A DNA stretch of 64,000 nt, taken from contig CAVNZM010000011.1 of assembly GCA_963693365.1 (NCBI GenBank), forward strand, positions 3,329,098 through 3,393,097, written 5' to 3'. Below, one piece after another: positions 33,859-46,099 of this stretch. Position 1 is the first letter of the stretch. Every line of letters begins with the position of its first letter. This DNA comes from Amoebidium appalachense. Taxonomy: Eukaryota > Protista > Ichthyosporea. A model generated the notes under the pieces. The model was given only the letters and a program-made list of their open reading frames with translations. It was not told the DNA's origin and ran no database searches. The translations under genes and the position numbers were made by a program.

Positions 33859-35937
33859 AAAAAAAGAAGAAGAAGAAGAAGATGAAGAAGAAGAAGAATA
33901 AAGAAGAATGGCAAAAGGAATAAAAAATAAAAGAGAAACATGTCGCATCTGCCCTCTCCAGAACCCCAACTCCATATCTATGAATAGGCCTTCTAATATC
34001 AACATGATAGCAAATTCCTCCCCCGATGCCCGACCAATGCCTATACTTACCAGTGCCCACTTCCATCAGATGTTGACGAGTGCACCTCGGGCCTCTCCAA
34101 CTGCCACGGCCAGGCCGCATGCGCAAACACACCGGGTAGCTTCACGTGCGCATGCCGCCTTCCATATATAGGCAATGGAATCACGTGCACCGACCCCACC
34201 ACCCCCACGGGTGTGTCTATTTTTGGAACGGTGTATGCCGATGTTAATGCAAATGGCCTGAGGGAGACCACTGAGAGTTCCCTGCCTGACGTGGTGGTTG
34301 CACTCGTAGGCCCCGAAGGGAAGGTATGTGTCCAAATCCCCCCCCCCCCCCCCCCCCCCTTCACCCGAATTCCAATCCCTCCTGCCTCAACACACGCACA
34401 CAGATACACGAACACACGAACCTCCTCCCCCCTGCTCTCCCTGCCGTCCCCCGCCCTGGCCACCCCCCCCCCCCCCCCTCTCCCCCCCCAACAAAAACAC
34501 ATACCAAACCACAAACCCCCCCCCCCCCCCCCCCCAATAACACATACACATACGCGCGCACACAAACACATCGCCATCACCTATACCTGTTCAGCCTCTA
34601 ACCTCCTCCCCCCCCCCCCCCCCCACCCAGGTTCTTGCCGAGGTACGCACAGATGCAACTGGCCGCTACGAGTTCCGCAACGTCCCCCCTAGCCCCGGTC
34701 CCCAGTCCCCCTATACCCTCCGCCTCATCCCGACTTCGTTCCCCCCGAATTTCACCCGCCCCACCTCTCCTCCCAATGCCGTTGGAACTTTCACAATTGC
34801 CCCGGGAACCACAACTGTACCCACTATGGATTTCGGCCTGGCAGATACGGACGAGTGCGCAATCGGATCGCACAAGTGCAGCCCGATCGGTGGAATTTGC
34901 GCAAATAATGTTGGCAGCTACACCTGCAGGTGCGAGTACGGGTACAAGGGAGATGGGGCAAAGTGCGGCTTTGTGGACGCATGCCTAAATTTCACCACAC
35001 TGCAGAATTGTGATCGCAACTCCCAGTGCACCAATCAGAACGGGGTGTTTGGCTGTGTCTGCAATGCCGGCTTTGTCCCTGGTTCGGACAAATACACGTG
35101 TGTGCCTGCCGTAATCCCCCCTCGGCCCAATGGTTGCCCCCCAGCCGACCGTAATCGCCCCCCAGCCGACCGTAATCGCCCCCCAGTCGACCGTAATCGC
35201 ATCCCAGCCGACCGTAATCCCCCCCCAGCCGACCGTAATCGCATCGCAGCCGACCGTAATCCCCCCCCCAGCCGACCGTAATCGCACCCGGCCCAATAGT
35301 TGCTCCCCAGCCGACCGTAATTGCACCACTTGTCGCCCCCCAGCCGACCGTGATTGCCCAGCCGACCGTGATCGCCCCCCAGCCGACCGTAATTGCCCCC
35401 CAGCCAACCGTAATTGCCCCCCAGCCAACCGTAATTGCCCCCCAGCCGACCGTAATTACCCCCGGGCCTGATGTGGCCCCTCAGCCTGCCCCAGCACCCA
35501 GCCGGACCTGCAACATGCTCGATAGCCCTGATGGTGGCCGTGTGGGCTCTATCCGTGTGACCACCGTCCCAGACACTAAGACCGTACGTGTGGCATGGAG
35601 TGTTAACCCCGCTACACTCACAAATGTATACGTGGTCGTGGCGTGCTCTCCATCTTCCATCCCTAAAAAGGGTCGCCTTGTGGATTATGAAGCGTTTAAC
35701 CGGCCTAGTGTGAGGTTTGTTGGTATGGTTGCAAGTGCAAACGGTAGCACGGCAACAATAGAAGTGGATGCGTCGGTGTTAAAGTGTTCGAGTGCCGTGG
35801 TTGTTGCTCGCGGTTCATTGGCTGATGGCACGAACACGTGGTTGTGTGGCACGTGCATCAGTGCTAGACCTTACTGTAGGAATAGGTTCAACACGAGAAC
35901 CACGGACTACTATGCTAGAGTATCACTGGATTACTAG
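29322..35937 (+). CDS. Large secreted mosaic protein: signal peptide, PA14, Calx-beta/Ig-like, VWD, Pro/Thr linker, C8-like, EGF/EGF-Ca repeats, SdrD-B-like domain, VIAPQPT repeats, Cys-containing C-terminal domain
   Basis: Exons 29322-29671, 29839-29887, 30029-30087 (uncertain acceptor), 30282-30695, 31064-31726, 32126-32713, 33016-33298, 33632-33742, 34070-34323, 34631-35937. Motifs: [11 protein letters not shown] (PA14), [26 protein letters not shown] and GLCGDWNG (VWD), [21 protein letters not shown]...TDATGRYEF. About four frameshifts in C-runs near 32380, 32600, 35120 and 35265 must be assumed to be errors. Confidence 0.85.
35105..35470 (+). repeat. Coding 21-bp tandem repeat (VIAPQPT)n
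   Basis: Unit CCCCAGCCGACCGTAATCGCC repeated about 16 times with variants. Confidence 0.9.
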
Positions 35938-36021
35938 GCTAGTAACACTACCTGGGGTCGTCCTGTTGTCCTGTTTGGCACCGTGTGGATATATAGTGGA
36001 AATGTTGGTTCGTTCGTAATA

Positions 36022-36261
36022 TTTTTTTTTCTTTTAAATTTGACTGGATTTATTCGACGGAAAGATATGCAAGTATGCACGGCATACTGAGAAGACAATA
36101 AAAACTTTTTTTTTTTTTTTTTTCTTTTGACTGGATTTATTCGACGGAAAGATATGCAAGTATGCACGGCATACTGAGAAGACAATAAAAACTTCACGAG
36201 TTATCCAGTAACAAGTGCATACAATAAAAACTTCACGAGTTATCCAGTAACAAGTGCATAC
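36022..36261 (+). repeat. Nested tandem duplications (~87 bp x2 and 39 bp x2) in the 3' UTR region, each unit carrying AATAAA
   Basis: TTTGACTGGATTTATTCGACGG...ACAATAAAAACTT twice; ACAATAAAAACTTCACGAGTTATCCAGTAACAAGTGCAT twice. Confidence 0.9.
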
Positions 36262-36465
36262 TGAGATACCTGAACACTGTGTGAAAATCATATAAATACT
36301 CAATGTGACGACCAACAGAATTCAACAAAAAGTCTAAAGTGTTCACATTGCCAGCTAGTGTAGCAGACACCCGTAGGGAAAGAGGTAAAACGCGACATAA
36401 AAACTCACACCTATGCTCTTGTCATAACTAGATATAGAATCTAGTTGTTGATAAAATATCAAAGT

Positions 36466-36593
36466 GTATCCGCTTGTAATTTCTGTCGTACCCAGCCTGT
36501 AATTTCTGTCGTAACAGATATCCGCTTGTAATTTCTGTCGCAACAGATATCCGCTTGTAATTTCTGTAGTACCCCGCTTGTAATTTCTGTCGT
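36466..36593. repeat. Minisatellite with core GCTTGTAATTTCTGTCG, five copies
   Basis: Seen directly. Confidence 0.9.
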
Positions 36594-37405
36594 ATCTAGC
36601 TAGAAGTTATCTTGTATTTCTGTTGGCAGGTTATTAGTAATGGCCACGTGGCTTGAGGCTACACCAATGAAAGATCAAGGATCACCAAAAATTCGATTTC
36701 TCAAGACCCCCCCCCCCCAAAAAAAACCGGTACCATCACCACGACACACACACACACGTACGTACACTGGCACCGTGACATACTGTGTTGCCCATGGGTG
36801 TTCATCCATCACATGAACCCGAGCCTTTTCACATATATTCAACCTTGCAACCACAATACTCGCTGGAATTTAACAATGGTTATTTTCGAATTCAGCATCT
36901 CATCCCCCCCTCCCCCCTCCCCCCTCCCCCCCCCCCCCCCCCCCCCCCCCCTCCCCCCCCCACCCCCCCCGCTCCCCCCCCCCCCCCCCCCCCCCCCCCA
37001 CACACACACACAACAAAAAAGAAAGGGAAAAAAAAAAATCCCTCGTACGCGTGTGTAACACCACCAATCCCACCAATCCCACCACCACCACCAGCACTCT
37101 TTGAACTGCACACGCACCGCCGCCGCCACACAATCCACCAAAATCGATACACATGTGCACACACTAGCAATTACCACACCATCGATCATACACAAACACA
37201 TGTACACCCACACCCGCACCCACATCCACACCCACCCACCCACCCGGCCCACACACACACACACACACACACGTACGTGCGCGCGCAAACTTTAATACAC
37301 CACCGTCACCGCCACCACCAACACCAACATCATGAAACACACATCATGATGCACCATCACTTTATCATTGACATACATTGCACGCAGACACACCATCACC
37401 ACGGG

Positions 37406-37571
<166 letters not shown>

Positions 37572-38084
37572 GATCAACCACCACGACCACCTTTTTTCAT
37601 ATATGGGATGACCATTTTTGGACACTACCAGGGCCATACAAGGCAAGTACCACACGCGTGCACTTGAGAAACACAGACACAAAATGCATCCGTGTGAATG
37701 GGACGTGTGCGGATTTGCGCAAGTAATATTCTTGCCAGTCTGAGGGGGTTCACTTTTATTAACAAGGTACACATACCCACATGCTCGTGTTTGATCTGGT
37801 CCACTTTTATTGACCCGACAACCAATTTCCAAACATGATAGTATCTCATAGCTTTTGGGTGGCAGATCAGTTAGGCAGATAGGGAGGAAGGCAGCCCTAC
37901 CGCCCCGGAAAAGGGGCCATACATTGAATCTAACCTGTTCTGTTCTAAGATCGCTTCTAGCAAATTAATCTATTTCTTAGTGCATGCATATGCTCATTCA
38001 GGTAACACAATTCGATCGGCTGAAAGCCCCCCATCTATCCCTTAATCTATTGCCACAAAGAAAATAACTCGGGGAGGAATAACC

Positions 38085-38137
<53 letters not shown>

Positions 38138-38206
38138 TTGGAGGGAGGTTTTCAAAAAAGAGTCGTCAGACGAACAACTTCGTAAAATTCTTTTCTATAA
38201 ATTCAA

Positions 38207-38372
38207 TCAACCAATTGTTTCCACGGTGCCGCTCTTTGTGAGTGCATCGTAGAAGAAGAAGTTGTTGTGTGGTTTGTCTTTTGCTGACACTGCCTGTGAA
38301 TACAGAAAATCATTTCAGCATTGGCAAGAAACAAATGAAGACAGGAGAGAGATGGCGGAATGGATATCGAGG

Positions 38373-38418
<46 letters not shown>

Positions 38419-38954
38419 CGCGCGCGCGTTTGTGTGGGCGCTCATGCGAGTGCAGGTGTGTGAGTGCGCGTGTGCGTGTGTTGGTGTTCGTGGTGGTGGT
38501 GGTGGGTAGTTAAGAAACAAGAGCAATGTGGGATAATGTGGTCCCAAGGAACATTAGATATGGGTCAATGGAATGTATTGTGCAACAAAGTGGTGGGTCT
38601 TTGCACTATTGAGTGCGTATGTGGAGAGTGCAGGTGGGCGAGGAGGACAAGGGGGGGGGGGGGGGGGGGGGGGGGGGGAATGTCGGGAAGGCAGGTTAAC
38701 CACAGATCCCAGGGTATATCTCGTACAGCCCCTATCCCCTATCTCATACATGGTTTATCTCGTATGTGGTGTAGATATCTCATGCAAGGAATACATCTCG
38801 CACACGGTATATCTCGTACCTTGAGTATCTCCTGGCCCAGGATCCCCCCGACAACGGCAGCCACCGGACTGAAGCCCACACAGGCACCCTGGGCAAGTTG
38901 CCTGTGTGTGTGTGTGTGTGTGTACGTGCGTGTATGCGTGTGTGCGTGTGTGCA

Positions 38955-39003
<49 letters not shown>

Positions 39004-39248
39004 GTGTGTGTGTGTGTGTGTGCGTGCGGATGTGTTTCATTTCTTTGGAAGAACATAGGATGAGAGGAGGGCGTTGGTTTGTTTTGCACAAACTGCATCG
39101 TCGAATAACGAGAGCATGGTGCAGGGGAGAAGAATAACAAACACATGTAACACACGCAGAGCTTACCCTCCACAACCTGGAAAGCGCGAAAGGCCAAGGA
39201 AAAACGAGATAGAAGGGGGAAGGGGGAGAGGGAAGGAGGAAGCCGCCG

Positions 39249-39284
<36 letters not shown>

Positions 39285-40525
39285 GAGAGAGAGAGAGCGC
39301 GAGAGGGGGAGGAAGGGAGGGCGGAAGGGAGGTAGGAAGGCAAGGAGGGAGGGAGAGAGGGAGGGAGAGAGGGAGGGGGTGGGACGGGTGGGGTTGGGGT
39401 TTGGGGGGGGAGGGGGGGGGGAGAGGGGAGGAGGGAGGGATTGAGATAGACGGGGAAAAAAAGAGACGAACTTCTGTGGGCAGAGAAGGGAGGGGAAGGG
39501 GGGGGGGAGAAGATATGATAGATGAATGTAAACGGGTGGGGTTGTTGTTGGGAACAAGAGCGATAGGTGCTGTGAGAGGACGAGTGGAGGGCAGGGAAAA
39601 GGGGGGAGGGAAGGGGGGGAGATGGGCGAGTAGAATGCAGTACAGGTTACATAGTGCAGAGACACCACAAAGGGCGGAGGATACAATCTGCACATGTGTG
39701 TGTGTACGCGCGCACACGTGTGTGTGTGTGTGCGTGTGTGCGAGAGTGCATGTGTGTAGACGGTTGGTAATGGGGTGTGTAATTGAAAGCTCAAGATTAA
39801 AATCACAGGCCCCGACACGACACAGCCACACCACTACACGCATTCATACATGGTGACCAATGGGATTGCACCCATACAGGGACCATTAAGAACACCCCCA
39901 CACGGGTACCAACACATTGGGAACTCAAATAAATACATCCAAATGAGGAACAATAGGACGACACTCACATGCTGACCAATAGAATCACACACATGCGAGC
40001 CGACAGGGGGACACACGGGGTCACAAATAATAACACACCCACAAGGGTACCACCACGTGGGAACTAAATGGTTCACACCCACACAATGACCAACAGGGAC
40101 ACACCACCCGCATATCAACCAATAGGAACACACCCAGATATCAACCAATAGGAACACACCCACATATCAACCAATAGGAACACACCCACATATCAACCTT
40201 TAGGAACACACCCACATATCAACCAATAGGAACACACCCGCATATCAGCCAATAGGAACACACCCACATATCAACCAATAGGAAAACACACACCTCATGC
40301 TCTCCTCAGGGGCCAATGTAGCAGCCAACCCACTCTCCGTGAGCACACACCCCGTGTCCCTCACCGCACTCTCTATGTCCTCCTTATTGCCGTAGTGCGG
40401 TAGCCGTCCCTCCCTAGCCTGAAACCTCTGCAGACCTGTATTGGTCATACAGTGTGAGCATTGTTTAAAGGTGGGATTCAGAATTGTGTGTGAGAAAGCA
40501 GTGTGTGTGTGTGTGCGCACGCGCG

Positions 40526-40556
<31 letters not shown>

Positions 40557-41101
40557 TGTAGGTGTGTGTGCACGGGTGTATGTGCGTGTGTGTGTGGAGA
40601 TGGGGTTGGGGGGCGGCGGGGGGAAGGGCGGGCGGCGGGTTGGGGGGAGGGGGGGGGGGGAAGGGTGGAGAGTGGGGTGGGGAAGGGTGGAGGGGCAATG
40701 TGTGTGTGTGTGTGTGTGGGTGTGGGTGGGTGGAGATTGGTTCCCGGGGGGGGGGGGGGGGGGGGGGGGGAGGGAGGGGGAAGGAGGGGGGGAGGAGGAA
40801 TGAAGGGGGAGGAGTGATGTGTGATGTGTGTGTGTGTATAAGTGCCAATACAGGCGAGACAGAGTTATGTGCCATTCATGGCGGTCAGTAGGTAAGATGT
40901 CCGATTATGCGGGCACAAACAACACCGGCACATGGTTTCCTTCCCCACTCTACTAAAAGTCTGTCGGCGGAAAGAACATGCAGAGCTGAACCAGCGGCAG
41001 GTGGTGGTGGTGGTGCATTTGCGTGATGGTGCGTTTGTGTGATGGTGTGTGTGTGTGTGTGTGTATGTGTGTGTGTGTGTGGGTGTGTGTGTGTGTATGT
41101 G

Positions 41102-41133
<32 letters not shown>

Positions 41134-41162
41134 TGTGCGCGCACGCGCGAGCGCGCGCCGAG

Positions 41163-41195
<33 letters not shown>

Positions 41196-42023
41196 ATTTG
41201 AATGCGTCAAAAAGTACGAAGTACACAAGAACAAACGGATAACACGATGCAGAATGCAAGCCATACATAAAGAGTATGCATAATAAGCAGAGCCCATCCT
41301 CAGGGGGGGCCCACGTCATCCACAGTACCCGAGTTTCGACCTATTCCCCTCGTTAACGAAACCCAACTCAGATACTGTTTCACTGGGAGGACGGAAGGTG
41401 GAGGGGGCGAGGGGAAATACCCTGAATGCCAAAGCTAAGCCATGACGTCATACGCAGTGCACGGGGTGTGACCTTTGACCAATCAAAAGACATGGCCTGG
41501 TCCCAGCTTACGTAAGTAGATGTGGCCTGCGTCACCTTGGTTGCCTCCCCCTCAGCCCCCTCTTGCTCTCTGCCACCCACCAATCAAACCATCAATTTAG
41601 ATTACACGTATTAACAAAGGGTTGAGTTAATACGTGTAAACTAATGCAGCATTCAAATGAATATGTCGGCAACTAAAACGATTTGTGTGAGGTATTACTG
41701 TTATTCATGTCATTCCTTTCTAGATTCGAGCCCCTAAGGTAGCTTGGCGAGGTTAGAAATGCAAGTGTTTGAAGATTGCTAACCATTGGAGTCTCTACAT
41801 CGACAGATGTGTTAAGAAGGATTTGCATATGAAGGCTTCCTTGTTCGCTGACAGCCCATAGGCCGGCCATGCTATTTCCTCTCGTCACTTTTAAAAGGAG
41901 AGATGGATGGTCGTGGTGGTGGTTGTGGTGGTGTGTATGTGTGTGTGTGTGTGCGCACGGGTGTGTGCATGCACATGCAGGCAAAGGCATAGGGTGGGTG
42001 GGTGGGTGGGTAGGTGTGTGTGT

Positions 42024-42090
<67 letters not shown>

Positions 42091-42231
42091 CTGGGGGGAC
42101 GATATTACTTACACAACATAGTTGTGCTCACCTAGGTCCGCAAAGATGTAACCGAAGTAGCCAAAGTTGTCTCCACAGAAGAACTTGACACCGTGTGCCC
42201 GGCAGATGCTGTCTACACGGCTCTGTACACA

Positions 42232-42314
<83 letters not shown>

Positions 42315-42565
42315 CGTGCCTTGTATGCGCCGCGTGTGTAGGTATTTGTGTGTGTGCGTGCGCACGGTTGAGGGAGAGAGGGAGAGGGAGGGGGGAGAGA
42401 GAGGGGGGGGGGGGGGGGGGGGGGGGAGAGAGAGAGAGAGAGATAGAGGGAGAGAGAGTGTGTATGTGTGTGCGCACGTGTGTGTGCGCGCGCAAGTGTG
42501 TCTATGTGTGCGTGTGTATGTGTCCTCGTGTGTGCGGGCACACATGTGTGCGTGCATGTGTGTGT

Positions 42566-42596
<31 letters not shown>

Positions 42597-45500
42597 GGGG
42601 GTGATGTATGCGTTAGAGGGTTGGAAATATGGAGGAGACAACAACGAGCATCAATAAAACGTCACGGGAGTGCCAAAGTGTGTGCGGGTGGCGAAGCGTG
42701 GTGTCGGTACGCAGTTGGAGGTGTAGGTGTTGGTGATTGGTGTAGGTGGGAAAGGGGGGGGGGGGGGGGGGGGGGGGTTGGGAACGTTAGAATGTGTCAT
42801 AGAGCACGAAGCACACGACGGCTTGGGTGGTATAAGTGGGCCATATGTATGAATGGGCGTGGGCACACACACACACACACACACACCTGCATATTCGTAT
42901 TCACTGACACTTGATTCATTTGGCTCTAGCATCAGATATTTGCCATTCATAACCTTAGTGCTTGACTGGGACAGAAGGTGCATTCCAGAGATCGACCGGC
43001 CAAACAATCTCAACCCGAAATTCAACATCGTAAACAGGGGAGCGGGGGGGAGAGGGAGGCAGGGGGGGTTGGAGATCTTGCTTATGTGCACGGATGTGGG
43101 TTCAAAGTTGGACACGTTCATTCATGTGTGTGTCTGGCTGTGTTTTTATAACCAAGCCTCTACGTATCATACATTCTCCCTACTTGTGTGCAAAGACATA
43201 AAACATTTAGTAAAGGCATGACAGAGTCGTAAAAAGAGTTCAAGTGTGTGTGTTTGTGTGCATGTATATGTGCGCCACAGCAGGGGAGGGCGGGGAGATG
43301 TGTTACAGAGTACGATGTACACAAATTCACAACAGACAATAAATTCAGTTTCAAAAAAAAAAAAAGGGGGGGGCACACACCAAAAGTCTGGTAACAGGGA
43401 GGGGGGACTGGTGTGTGTGTGCGTGTGTGTGTGTGTATGTTTGGGGGGGGGGGGGGGGGGGGGGGGGGAGGGGGGGGAGGGAGGGAACGGATAGCACATA
43501 CGATGACTTCAGGGGGACATGAAGTGAGACACACGGCGGTGAACTGTTTGAAGAATGCATCGTCCTTAGCTGCTATGTTGCCTGTGTCCGTAACTATGGA
43601 CACACGGGGGTTGAGCTGCTGCATGCGCTCACGTGACGCCTCGGCCCTCTAATTGGTTCATGCGTCAGTGGTGGGGCTTTTGATTGGTTCAGGTGATGGC
43701 TGGTTTGGGTGCAAGCTTTGTCATAGTAATGCATGTGGATGTCTTGTCTCCCCCTCCCCCCCCCCCCCCCCTCCCTCCCCTCCCCCCCTCCCTCCCTTCC
43801 ACCCACCTCCCTCCCTTTTTCACGGGGGCATACTAAGCTCTGTAGCTGGATGACGAACTCGCGTTCAGAAAAAGTCAAAGGGAGAGGGCATGGTACACAG
43901 GCAGAGATATGGGTTTGGGTATATGGGTGGGTGCAAGGGTTTAGCCAGGGTGCATCTATCTGGGTGCGGATGTGGTGGTGGTGGTGGTGGTGGTGGGGGG
44001 GGGACACTTTTCTGTTTTTTTTGTGTGCATTTGTGTGTGCGTGTATGTGGGTGTGGGTGGGTGGGTGGGTGGGAGGGAGGTAGGGGAGGAGAGGAGGGAT
44101 AAGAGTAAGCATCCCCCCCTCCCCCAACCCTCGGGGGGGGGGGGGGGGGGGGTCACCTTTCTTTTTTTTTTTTCCTTTTCGTGTGTGTTAATATTTGAAG
44201 GCGGGGAAGGGGGGGGGGGACAGGGAGGGGGGGGGGGGGAGGGGGATCACAATACAAGCCATGGTTGTGGGAAGGGAGTGAAGGTGGCACTGGAAAACAT
44301 GGAGGGAGGGGAAGGGGGGGAAGGGGGGGCAGGGAGAAAGGAATGGGGTTGGGAGGGTTCGGCACGCACATTTCTGCCCAAATCGTCCTGTCCGTAGAAG
44401 AAGTTTCCACACAGGTCATCCTCAGAAACTGCCTCGTGGTCCAGCAGCGTCACGGCACCCAGTCCAGCAAGCACTATGTTCTTGCACACCTCGGCTGCTA
44501 GTGTGCGCAGACCCGCTACTAGGACCTTGGATGTGCGCATGCTGTGTGTGTGTGTGTAGAAGGGGGTTAATGGGGTGGGGGGTTGGAGAAAGGGGGAGGG
44601 TGGAGGGAGGGGTGGGCTGGGGGGGGGGGGGGGGGTGAGTGAGGTCGGGGGGTGGAATTAAGGGGCAAGTGAGGATGAAGGGGGATGTGTAGGTGACGGG
44701 GTGTGTGCATTTGTTTAAGTGAAGCTGGATGAGTAACGTGGGCGGATGAAGATGCGAAGACAAAAGGAACACAACACGACGTGGGGTATAGAGTGGATGA
44801 TATAATGTTGTCGATTATATGTAGTTCCCAACCTCAGAAACCTCTGCCCTTCACTATCCGGGAGGAGAGTTGGGGGGGGGGGGGGGGGGGGGGGGTTTGA
44901 ATGCGTCAAAAAGTACGAAGTACACAAGAACAAACGGATAACACGATGCAGAATGCAAGCCATACATAAAGAGTATGCATAATAAGCAGAGCCCATCCTC
45001 AGGGGGGCCCACGTCATCCACAGTACCCGAGTTTCGACCTATTCCCCTCGTTAACGAAACCCAACTCAGATACTGTTTCACTTGAACATGAGTAGGTCAC
45101 CCGTCTTGATCAGAGACGAGCAGGGTTGCTTATGCAGGCAAGGGCAGTGGGAAAGGCCGGGGGTTAAAGTTGCAGCAGTAAGCAGAAGCAAGAGGGGGGG
45201 GGGGGGGGGGTATATGGCTGACGTGACCACTTCTTCACATAGTGCCTGCCAAGCCCATTCACATGCAAACCAAGAGTACAGGGGAGAGTGAAACACAAAG
45301 GGGAGAAGAGAGGGAGGAGTAAAGACGAGGGGAAAATAGGGATTCTGTTCGCGTGTTCTCTGTTTATAAAATTGGGATGGGGGGAGGGAAGGGGGCAGGT
45401 TGGGGGGGGGGGGGGAGGGGGGGGAGGGGAAAGGGGGCGGAGCGAGGGGGGGAAGAGGGGAGAGGGTGCGAAAAGTGGTTTTAATACTGAGGGTGGCTAA

Positions 45501-45941
45501 AGCGCCTGTTACACAAGGTTGGTTCAGGCACTTGCACTTGGCAGGCGTGTATTAGATAGGCCTGCTGTGTGGGTGGATAAACGGACAGACGCAGAAAAAT
45601 TTGCATGCTGGGTGGGTGAGCCATGAAAGCTCAGGGGATTGTGGGTGCAAAAAAGGAAAAGGGGAGAAAGGGGGAGAAGAGGACGGGAGCAGTGAAGGGG
45701 GGGGGGGGGGGGTTTGAGGAGGAGGAGAGATGCAGAAATTGGCGTGCTGGGTGGGTGAGCCTCTAAAGCTTAGGGGAATGTGGGTGCATGGAAAAGATGA
45801 GAGTGGGTAAGAAGGGGAAGGGAGGAAATTGAAGGCGCGGGATTTGGAGGGGAGAGAGAGGGGGGGGGGAAGGGGGACGTTGGAGAAGGAGGAGAGGGGG
45901 AGGGGGAGGGGGGGGGGGGGAGGGAGGGAGGGAGTTTTTTT

Positions 45942-45972
<31 letters not shown>

Positions 45973-46099
45973 GGGGATAAGGGATTGGATACCGTTGCTG
46001 TGCGCCTATGCCCCACAGTCGTATTTGGCGGTCATATTGTGCTGCCTCCTCCGCGTCTATCTCTGAGGCAGCGGTAACGGGAAGGTCGTCTTGTGTCAT
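38207..46099 (-). CDS. SAE1: SUMO-activating enzyme subunit 1 (SAE1/Aos1), 8 exons
   Basis: Exons 46099-45993, 44541-44370, 43648-43502, 42222-42113, 41569-41421, 40435-40294, 38901-38820, 38293-38207 splice in phase. Motifs: [64 protein letters not shown]...PHNNFFFYD. Confidence 0.95.
40095..40293. repeat. 24-bp minisatellite abutting the SAE1 exon 6 donor
   Basis: CCAATAGGAACACACCCACATATCAA-type unit about 7-8 times, degenerating leftwards. Confidence 0.9.
41197..41384 (-). mobile_element. Apparently full-length copy (~188 nt) of the poly(C)-tailed intronic repeat, SINE-like
   Basis: Identical to 44896-45082 apart from one G-run length. A-box-like TATCTGAGTTGG, B-box-like GGTCGAAAC, 3' end CATTCAAA followed by a C-run. 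Confidence 0.8.
44896..45082 (-). mobile_element. Apparently full-length copy of the poly(C)-tailed intronic repeat, SINE-like
   Basis: Shares both ends with the 41197 copy, with unrelated sequence beyond its 5' end; lies in SAE1 intron 1. Confidence 0.8.

Noticed and set aside
32370-35270. Programmed frameshifting or phase variation in the mosaic gene (and at 63774-63782)
   Set aside because: Every break falls in a C or G homopolymer, where sequencing error is the simplest explanation; this cannot be resolved without reads.
36466-36593. CRISPR-like repeat array (also considered for 40095-40293)
   Set aside because: No unique spacers, no cas genes and a eukaryotic context; these are ordinary minisatellites.
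41290-41345. Hammerhead ribozyme core words (GAAAC...GTA and CTGAGGA) in the repeat element
   Set aside because: Helix I cannot form, helix II is weak, and CTGA is not kept in the diverged copies at 18810 and 26372.
41315-41384. tRNA gene
   Set aside because: Box spacing is too short and there is no complete cloverleaf; treated as a tRNA-like repeat head.
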